The notes under the pieces are model-generated. The model was not told where the DNA came from, ran no database searches, and saw only the letters and a program-made list of their open reading frames with translations. DNA of 64,000 bases from Naegleria gruberi (lineage: Eukaryota), in assembly GCA_000004985.1 (NCBI GenBank), contig GG738846.1; one strand, given 5' to 3'. Both the position numbers and the translations under genes were made by a program. This document shows positions 57,082 through 64,000 of this stretch, one piece after another. Within the stretch, counting starts at the first letter, position 1, and each line of letters begins with the position of its first letter.

Positions 57082-58311
57082 TTAATCAAAATAATTATTT
57101 AGTAGATTAACACCTGACGGATTGTCATTCATTTCGTCCAGCATATCAGTTGCAATACTACTCTGGTGCTGCTGGTTGGTACTTATCGTACTTGCCGTTG
57201 TAAAAGTTGCTGTAGAGGAATCCAGAGAATAATTCATTAAAGGTAGAGTGGCATTTGAGGCCACTTTGGAGAGGAGAGAAATAAAATCCTTCTTTTCTGC
57301 TTCTGGAATTTTTGACAATATCTTGTCAACATCCTGCTCACTAGCAATACTAGTCAACAAATCACGCAAATAGAGTGAAACACTTGTAAATTTGTTGGAA
57401 GTGATAAGATCCTTAACAGTTTCTCGAAGTAATGCTTCTTCAACTGGTTCTCCCACAGATTCTTCCTCATCATCGAAATTGGAATCACTGGCTTGCCTTT
57501 CCAGTTTTGCCTTTTTTCTTTCTTCCTCATAATAACTGGGATCTCTTCTCTTTTTTTCATTGTCCATCATTTTGTCAAAAACATGTGTTCCATTAAGTAT
57601 GTGTACAGTTGCCATCTTTTCACTTGTACTTGAAATATTTGTTTCCAAAATAATCAATCCAAGTGTGAAGGTCGTAATTAAGGAGGCAATCTTGACCTTT
57701 TTGTAAATGTCAAATTTGATAATATTTCTACTCTTTTTTCCTTTCATATTCTCAGTGGTGTAAATGTGAAGTTTAAATGGATCATGCAATTCAAAAATGT
57801 AAGCAAAAATCGATTGATGTGGCTCATCAACTCCATAATACAATTTAGATTGTAATTCCTCTGTAATTTTGTAACGAATAGTTTTTCTATGTTTCAATAT
57901 CTTGGTATCAAATGATTCCTGATCAACATCAGTCTCCATAGCAAACTTTGAATTCTTTGCATTTTCAATAATATTTTCCTCTCTCAATTTACCAGTCTCT
58001 ACAATTTCATTCTTTAGCCTTTCTCTCACAAGCTGATAAATCTTTTCAATATTAGCACTTGATGCATTGATCGGTTCAGGAAATGTATAACAATTAAAAA
58101 TCATATTAAAACCACATTCAACCTTCTTATTCCTAACAATCTTTTCCGAAGAGTTTGATGAAGACTTTTTCTTTCTTGATGACGACTCGGATGAACCAGA
58201 AACAGCAGCCATGGTAACAGAAGTAATACTATTGTTATTACTAGAGGCATTTGTTGCCAATAATTCTTCCGAACTTATCATTTTGTTGTTGTTGATGTGG
58301 TGTATTATCAA
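57082..58311 (-). CDS. Hypothetical protein (409 aa) with one predicted TM helix.
   Basis: A single ORF with an N/S-rich N-terminus. The hydrophobic segment is IASLITTFTLGLIILE. No recognised domain. Confidence 0.5.
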   Translation of the reverse strand: MIIHHINNNKMISSEELLATNASSNNNSITSVTMAAVSGSSESSSRKKKSSSNSSEKIVRNKKVECGFNMIFNCYTFPEPINASSANIEKIYQLVRERLKNEIVETGKLREENIIENAKNSKFAMETDVDQESFDTKILKHRKTIRYKITEELQSKLYYGVDEPHQSIFAYIFELHDPFKLHIYTTENMKGKKSRNIIKFDIYKKVKIASLITTFTLGLIILETNISSTSEKMATVHILNGTHVFDKMMDNEKKRRDPSYYEEERKKAKLERQASDSNFDDEEESVGEPVEEALLRETVKDLITSNKFTSVSLYLRDLLTSIASEQDVDKILSKIPEAEKKDFISLLSKVASNATLPLMNYSLDSSTATFTTASTISTNQQHQSSIATDMLDEMNDNPSGVNLLNNYFD

Positions 58312-58560
58312 TTATTTAATTTGATGAAGCTGATGAAATATTTTTCTTGTGTGGACAATATTTTTTGTTTGGTTTGCACTTGACGCGTTGTATTTTTTTT
58401 TGTAATGTGTTCAAATATCTAATAAAACACGTGATGCACTCTGCTGTTGAATCCATTTTTATCTGGAAATAACTTCAACTGATTTGGATCAACTGAAGAT
58501 GCAAAAAAAGACGAGTTTACTGGAACTACAAATCGATTCCATTTATTCTCAAAGAAAAAA

Positions 58561-59160
58561 ATGGCTCTCCAAGAACATCAAAATGAAACTAACGAAAAAT
58601 TGTTAAGGCAAGAAGAATGTTTAACCTCAAACTCTGATAGAAAAACTTGTCTTCTTGGAAAGAGAAAACAAGAAGAAGCCACGAATGGTACAACTTTTTC
58701 ATCTGAATCACAAGATATAGAGTTTGAAAGTGTTGCTGTTGATGAAGATGTGAAATTAGAAAATGTACAATTAAAACAATCACTTTTGTTACTCGTATTA
58801 GGAGCAGAACAGAGAGAGGAATGGCCTGAAAAGTGGCAAAATTTGGTATGGAAAGTTGTTAATCAGAATATTCTACAAGATTGTTCAAACTCTACAACCA
58901 ACGATTCACTGTTCAATGAGGAATTTACGAGAGAATTGGAGAGTTATTTCCCAATGGACACAAGTACAAACTCTTCCAATACTAATTGTGCTAAGGAGTG
59001 GGTTAGAAATAGAATTAAACCATGCCTTGCTTTCAATTCTCTCCTTGAACCAATCTCTAAAAAGATCAAAATTGCAACAACAAATGAAACTCCCACAACT
59101 ACAAATCCAGACCTAGTAGAAGACGACAATACTGCTGAAGAGGCTTCTCCAATTTTCTAA
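58561..59160 (+). CDS. Hypothetical acidic protein (199 aa).
   Basis: ORF with an A-rich leader (aaaaaaaatggct). No recognised domain. Confidence 0.45.
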   Translation: MALQEHQNETNEKLLRQEECLTSNSDRKTCLLGKRKQEEATNGTTFSSESQDIEFESVAVDEDVKLENVQLKQSLLLLVLGAEQREEWPEKWQNLVWKVVNQNILQDCSNSTTNDSLFNEEFTRELESYFPMDTSTNSSNTNCAKEWVRNRIKPCLAFNSLLEPISKKIKIATTNETPTTTNPDLVEDDNTAEEASPIF

Positions 59161-59225
59161 TTTTAATATCTGTAAATAAAATGCAAGTTGACTTGAACAA
59201 TTTAAAAAAGCAGGTGTTAAAAGAT

Positions 59226-59964
59226 TTATTGAGAAGCTCTTAACTTGTTCAAAGCATCAGTAAACTTATTGCTGTGTGACTTTTCAGCCTTAGCAAGAGT
59301 TTCGAACCATTCAGAAATATCATCGAAACCTTCTTGTCTGGCAGTCTTAGCCATAGATGGATACATGGAAGTATATTCGTGAGTTTCACCAGCAATAGCA
59401 GAAATCAAGTTTGATTCAGTATCACCCATTGGTTCACCAGTGGCTGGGTCACCAGCTTCTTCCAAGAATTCTATTATTATTATTAGTACAAATTAAATAA
59501 TTATTTTAATTGTTATTATTAGAATATAATAATATAAAGTAAAATAATTTAATGTAAATTCTAGTGTAAAGATAATAATATTACTATTAACTACATACCC
59601 AAATGTCCAAAAGCGTGAGCAGTTTCACCATCAGCAGTAGATCTGAACAATTGGGAAATATCAGTGTGACCTTCAACATCAGCTCTATTTTAATACATTA
59701 TTAAACAATAATTATCATCACACAAGAACAAGAATATAATTAAAATCATCATCATCAGTACAATTGTCGTCATCCAAAAAAAACCTACCTATCGGCGAAG
59801 AAGAGATATCTTCTGTTAGCTTGGGATTCACCAGCAAAAGCTTCCTTCAAGTTATTGTGAGTCTTGGTACCCTTCAATTCACTGTACATTCTTGTGGAAG
59901 AAGCATTGGAAATGACGGTAGGCTTGAGGTTAGTGCTCTTTGATACTTTGGTGATGGATCTGAA
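59226..59964 (-). CDS. Rubrerythrin-like diiron (ferritin-like) protein lacking the rubredoxin domain, three exons, with a presequence-like N-terminus.
   Basis: Exon 1 is 59964..~59788 ([60 protein letters not shown]). An intron follows. Exon 2 is ~59681..59597 ([28 protein letters not shown]). Intron ~59471-59596 (GTATGTAGTTAAT...AATAATAG). Exon 3 is ~59470..59226 ([70 protein letters not shown]...*). It carries the rubrerythrin Fe-ligand blocks E..AGES, E..H and EY. There is no C-terminal CxxC...CxxC. Confidence 0.75.
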
Positions 59965-60153
59965 CATTTTTTTAAGTGACTGGTTTATTTTTAACGACCT
60001 AATTAATTCCGACCACCTATGGCGGAGTAAAGAAAGAATCACCTGTACAGGAGGTTGGTTCAATTCAATTCTTAATAACTGAATAGATATTTAGGATAAT
60101 GGGTGTTTGTTAAGTTAGAAATGGTGATGAAGTGCAAAAGAGTTTTATTGTAA

Positions 60154-60226
60154 GGGGATGTAGCTCACATGGTAGAGCGCTTCTTTAGCATGGAAGAGGT
60201 ACGGGGATCGATACCCCGCATCTCCA
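60154..60226 (+). tRNA. tRNA-Ala (anticodon AGC), 73 nt, no intron.
   Basis: GGGGATGTAGCTCACATGGTAGAGCGCTTCTTTAGCATGGAAGAGGTACGGGGATCGATACCCCGCATCTCCA folds as a cloverleaf. Acceptor GGGGATG/CATCTCC with G3:U70. D-arm GCTC/GAGC. Anticodon stem CTTCT/GGAAG with loop TTAGCAT. T-arm CGGGG/CCCCG with the internal B box GGATCGATACC. Discriminator A. Confidence 0.95.
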
Positions 60227-60328
60227 CACATTTTGCCTTTTGCTAGTTTTCTTATTAAGGCTAATAGAATATTATGACATGGATTAAAAGAAAGATGAAT
60301 AAACCTTCATTCTCTACTTGTTATTCAT

Positions 60329-61306
60329 TTAAAATTGAGCATCAACAAAATTTCTATGATATAGACTACTAAACCTATATTTTCTATTTTCAGTATAGAA
60401 TAATCTTTGATAATCTTGTGGTGTTAAAATATCCTTTTTTGATTTCAATCGTTCTTGATATTCCTCATTGACTTTTCTACTGTCCATGGTTGATATGGAG
60501 TTTTGATGGCGAATATTATTTTGAATTCTTTCGTTCAGACTCATTCTATTTTCAGTGTTGGCATTTACAATATAATTCTGAGTGAAGTATCTGTGTTCAT
60601 GATCAAAGTTTGAGGCAATTTTCAAATCATACAATAGGTCATTAGAAACTCTATTGGATTTTATCAAATCTGATATACTATCATACTTGATGGAATGTAA
60701 TTGCAAATAAAGATACCATAAATATTCCAAATCCACTGGTTTTCCCTTTCTAATCGAGAATATATGTAAATCAAGAGGATGTACCAATAAATCCTTATCA
60801 TTATTATTAACATTCAAATCAGTTGTCAAATCATCCCAATATTTCAAATATTCTTCATTGAAAAACATTCTCATATTTGATTCCTCTTGTGTCAAGTCAT
60901 ATTCTGTAGCATATGGATAAGGAGCTTCAAATCTATATATAAAACAAGTTTCCTTCTTGTGATACAATCTACTTTTAAATATATTTGTCATGTTAATTGC
61001 CGGAATATTGGTCCAATATTGTACTGTTTCATCAAATGAAGAGGAAGGTAAAAAGGAAAACCCAATAAATCCAATAGTTGAGACTGCAGAGATGAGCAAG
61101 GCTCTTGTTGTAAATTTCCTCTGATAAATAAATTTTGAGAGAAAATTCAACTTGACCTCCGTTTCAGGTTTTTGAAAGAAGGAATAAAATTGTGAAAATT
61201 TTGATAATTTAAATTTTGAATTATTTGCTCGTGATGATGATTGGTAATTTATCGGATTTGGAAGAATTTTCCTATCTGCTGATGATGTTTCTGGATCTTG
61301 TTTCAT
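60329..61306 (-). CDS. Hypothetical membrane protein (~325 aa), probable type II/signal-anchor topology.
   Basis: The likely start is MKQDPETSS at 61306. The track ORF extends further upstream via an in-frame non-AUG region. It has a single TM helix, ALLISAVSTIGFIGFSFL, then a Tyr/Asp-rich lumenal or extracellular domain. Confidence 0.5.
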   Translation of the reverse strand: MKQDPETSSADRKILPNPINYQSSSRANNSKFKLSKFSQFYSFFQKPETEVKLNFLSKFIYQRKFTTRALLISAVSTIGFIGFSFLPSSSFDETVQYWTNIPAINMTNIFKSRLYHKKETCFIYRFEAPYPYATEYDLTQEESNMRMFFNEEYLKYWDDLTTDLNVNNNDKDLLVHPLDLHIFSIRKGKPVDLEYLWYLYLQLHSIKYDSISDLIKSNRVSNDLLYDLKIASNFDHEHRYFTQNYIVNANTENRMSLNERIQNNIRHQNSISTMDSRKVNEEYQERLKSKKDILTPQDYQRLFYTENRKYRFSSLYHRNFVDAQF

Positions 61307-61397
61307 TTTTTTAATATAAATATTTAAATAATATCGATCTTGGAGTTTTAAAATAATATTAATCATATATTTATGAATAATTTTCAATTTAATTTCA

Positions 61398-64000
61398 TTA
61401 TGTTTTCTCATGATAACTCCACACATAATTCCACTTCTTCAAATTGGCCACTCTGTTTCCCAGTTTCATCATTCTTTTGTTGAACTTTCCAATGCGGCTT
61501 GTTCGTTCTTTTTTGGTTTCCTTCTCTGGAGTTCTGAATGACATCTTTACCATGTTGTGCTCTAATTCTATGTGGCGTTTAATTGGAGAAGATTGATCAT
61601 TAATGAACTCTTCTATTCTTCTAGTTGTGAGATTACCTTTAATTTCCTCAATTTTGGTTGGTTCTTGTTGTTGTCTTTGTTTAATCCATTTTACTATTTG
61701 ATTATCTAAAAATTGGTGAGGATCAAGAACCATTTCTCTCAAGTTTGAATATCCACATCTCACAATGGATGGAATGGTATTTGGTTTTACTGATGGATAC
61801 CAAATATGGATCTTGATGGTTGGGATTGTTTTCAATTGGTTCACTAAATTCTTAATTTCTTGATTACTTGTTGATTCATTCTTGTAGCTTTGAAAATATT
61901 TATCAATGTCTAATTGAGCCAATGACTTTTTCATTTCTTCTTGACCTACACATGTATCACTATATTTGATAGAGAATTCTACCATAACTATTGTGGAATA
62001 ATTGTTAAATTCTTGAAAGCTCAAAAAATCTTGATGAGCTGAATTTGGAAGTCTTATCAATCTGTTCAGGTAGAGTTTTTGCTCCTCTGTTATGATCATC
62101 TTGTTATCATTAACATTGGTACAAACTTCAACACATTTCCATAGATAGGAAAGCATGTCCTCGTCTACATTCTTAATCAAGCCAAATCGATTCAAAGATA
62201 GAGGCTTAAATTTAAGATCATGAGATTCTAATATGATTTGATCCATCTCTCCTGAATTTAACAACTTGAGTGCTTTCAAAGAATTTACACTTGTCAACCG
62301 CTTGTTGAACATTAAGTTCAAAACAACTAACCATTCAAATATACCACCAAAACTTGGCCCTCCAAATAATGTTGGATATCTGGTTATTCTTTTTTGTATT
62401 TCAGAGAAAAATAATGAACTATCTCTACAAAATTCAAAGAGGGTGTCGATTAATACTTGTTCATCTAAAAGACTAACTAAATAAGTACCATCTTCATTAC
62501 GCTCAATCTCACACATTCCAACTGGTATCCAACTTGGATCTATAGTACATATCTTGTTCTCTCCTTCTCCTCTTAATTGAATTGATAGGTGCCTAATAAT
62601 TAAATCACTCACTCCATCCCAAAATATCTGACTATAGATTGAAAGCTTTTGACGTAGGAATTGAGTTAGGTCATTACGAAAAGTATCTAATGTTACCAGA
62701 GCTGCTGATTTAACATTTTTACAACTAAATAAATTCTTAATGAAAGTAAAGAATATTCTTTTTCTACCCAGAAATTGATGAATTAAGTGAATGTCAGTAA
62801 GTTCTGAAATAACCTTCTTTGATTGATTGATCATGAATTTTAAAAGTGATTCAATATTGCCTCGATTAATGGAATCAAACTTGCTTGGCATCATTCTAAT
62901 ATTCACTCTCTTTCCCAATAATGACAAATATTGATCTACATAACGCTGATCAAAACTGGTGCCTGCTATGCCAACATATATCGGTTGAAGTTTAGTGACC
63001 TCTCTGACAATGAAATGTTGTAAATTTCTAAATTGATTACATTCATAATCAAAAATATCCAAAAGAGATTTGTTAGAAGTATTCAAAATCTCATCTAAAC
63101 CAAAACCAACATCTTTTCCATACTCATCCTTAATACTACCAATTAACATTCGGTTATAGTTTATGAAATAGGCCAAATCAGTTTCCCAAGGACTAAGCTC
63201 ACTCAAAATTTCAGCATAAATATAGCTGATACATTTCAAGTACCCATTTAATTGGTATTCTAGAAATTCGGTCGATGTCAAATACTTGTTGACCTTCAAG
63301 AGGGACCTTAAGTAAAGCAACCGTGCCAGTATAAATACTTGAATTTCATTGAACACAACAACATTTTTTGCTACATCTGTTCTCAAGCTTCTAATTCTCT
63401 TAGCTAAAAGGTTGTAACAAGGATCTATTATTTGGGTTAAATCAGGAGAACTAAAGTCAGAAAATAAATTAGATTCAGGAGCCAAAATCATGTAAATCAA
63501 AAAGTAGTCCTGGTGTACACTTCTTGACAACATTTTGAAGGTTTTTCCCTTCCCAGAAACACCCAAAAGCATCTCAACATTGACACTTTTGTCAAAGAGA
63601 GTCTCTTTTTTAATGTTGTTCAATAAATCGGGAGTTGTTAAATGTTTATACATGCCAAATAATTCAGGACGAATCGAACCTTGATAAATAGGCAAGCCAC
63701 ATTTTGAATTGTAATATCTACCCATTAATTTCTGTTGTTGGGCAGAATCCAAATAGGTTGGCTTTGTGATAGTGGAAACAACATTATCAGCAATTCTTTG
63801 CAATGTTGCTACAGAAACAAACCGATGGTTACGCTTAACTTTTTCTATAGCGTCCTTATAGAGGCTTGAGAAATCGGGTGAGTTTAATTGTCTTTCTTCT
63901 ACAAATTCAATTGTATTGTTGTAGATAAGTACACTCTCGGGAACACCTTTCTGGTTGAGGCTAGAATGATCCTTAATGAAGTCTTCATGAGGAGCAGAAA
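61398..64000 (-). CDS. Large P-loop NTPase-like protein (>860 aa), with its 5' end beyond the window.
   Basis: The track ORF starts at TTG 63803. The same frame stays open to position 64000 (...SVATLQRIADNVV...). Walker A reads LLGVSGKGKTFKMLS. About 90 aa downstream sits VVVFNEIQVFI, a DEIQ-like motif with N for D, and further down GFGLDEIL. A long, mostly helical C-terminal region follows. Stop at 61398. Confidence 0.55.
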   Translation of the reverse strand, partial: SAPHEDFIKDHSSLNQKGVPESVLIYNNTIEFVEERQLNSPDFSSLYKDAIEKVKRNHRFVSVATLQRIADNVVSTITKPTYLDSAQQQKLMGRYYNSKCGLPIYQGSIRPELFGMYKHLTTPDLLNNIKKETLFDKSVNVEMLLGVSGKGKTFKMLSRSVHQDYFLIYMILAPESNLFSDFSSPDLTQIIDPCYNLLAKRIRSLRTDVAKNVVVFNEIQVFILARLLYLRSLLKVNKYLTSTEFLEYQLNGYLKCISYIYAEILSELSPWETDLAYFINYNRMLIGSIKDEYGKDVGFGLDEILNTSNKSLLDIFDYECNQFRNLQHFIVREVTKLQPIYVGIAGTSFDQRYVDQYLSLLGKRVNIRMMPSKFDSINRGNIESLLKFMINQSKKVISELTDIHLIHQFLGRKRIFFTFIKNLFSCKNVKSAALVTLDTFRNDLTQFLRQKLSIYSQIFWDGVSDLIIRHLSIQLRGEGENKICTIDPSWIPVGMCEIERNEDGTYLVSLLDEQVLIDTLFEFCRDSSLFFSEIQKRITRYPTLFGGPSFGGIFEWLVVLNLMFNKRLTSVNSLKALKLLNSGEMDQIILESHDLKFKPLSLNRFGLIKNVDEDMLSYLWKCVEVCTNVNDNKMIITEEQKLYLNRLIRLPNSAHQDFLSFQEFNNYSTIVMVEFSIKYSDTCVGQEEMKKSLAQLDIDKYFQSYKNESTSNQEIKNLVNQLKTIPTIKIHIWYPSVKPNTIPSIVRCGYSNLREMVLDPHQFLDNQIVKWIKQRQQQEPTKIEEIKGNLTTRRIEEFINDQSSPIKRHIELEHNMVKMSFRTPEKETKKERTSRIGKFNKRMMKLGNRVANLKKWNYVWSYHEKT

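Noticed and set aside
59226-59964. Rubrerythrin-like gene as bacterial contamination of the assembly.
   Set aside because: The reading frame is only maintained by removing two AT-rich spliceosomal introns. Codon usage and the A-rich start context match neighbouring host genes. It is physically linked to a eukaryotic tRNA-Ala and to host genes on both sides.
60154-60226. A tRNA-associated retrotransposon, as seen at fixed distances from tRNA genes in some social-amoeba genomes.
   Set aside because: The ~190 bp upstream and ~100 bp downstream of the tRNA are occupied by or adjacent to ordinary genes. No RT/integrase ORF or long repeat is present.
1-64000. Possibility that the window is prokaryotic, given the six-frame ORF track and the generic mobile-element/CRISPR checklist.
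   Set aside because: There are clear GT...AG introns with GTAAGT/GTATGT donors, A-rich Kozak leaders, poly-N/Q low complexity, and eukaryote-only families (DENN, GCP, profilin, SNARE, COMMD, PIG-O). There are no Shine-Dalgarno-spaced operons, and no CRISPR repeats or rRNA were seen.

Overview
This window is AT-rich (~30-35% GC) nuclear DNA from a compact protist genome, not a prokaryote. Genes are densely packed, about one per 1.5-2 kb on both strands. Many are interrupted by short spliceosomal introns (about 40-180 nt, GT...AG, often GTAAGT / GTATGT...TAG). Start codons sit in A-rich leaders (aaaaaaaATG). The encoded proteins carry poly-N, poly-Q and poly-S/T tracts. Together with dictyostelid-like proteins (a profilin with the GGVKYMG motif, discoidin-domain repeats, EGF-rich receptor kinases), this suggests a social-amoeba-like amoebozoan of moderate GC. 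That is an inference, not a database match. I support about 35 protein-coding genes and one tRNA-Ala(AGC). The coding genes include phenylalanine hydroxylase, a Pirh2-like CHY/RING E3 ligase, a large SAC-domain phosphoinositide phosphatase, ER Hsp90 (GRP94, KDEL-type end), a COMM-domain protein, an FAH-family hydrolase, a DENN-domain protein, a giant LRR plus multi-TM protein, a PIG-O/PIG-G GPI-EtNP transferase, profilin, a triple discoidin-domain protein, a gamma-tubulin complex component and a C2-domain gene with a candidate 7-nt micro-exon. They also include an NHL/EGF receptor kinase, a PAS-PAS class III nucleotidyl cyclase, a BirA-type biotin ligase, a thiolase, a Bet1-like SNARE, an intron-containing rubrerythrin-like diiron protein and two unusual P-loop NTPases. 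There are two N-gaps (46131-46181, 47624-47673) with an ~0.8 kb near-identical duplication across the first. No rRNA, CRISPR or clear transposon was seen. The ORF track appears to allow non-ATG starts (e.g. TTG at 63803, 6922, 22963), and it omits ORFs that run off the window edge. True starts and exon structures were therefore re-derived by eye and are approximate.
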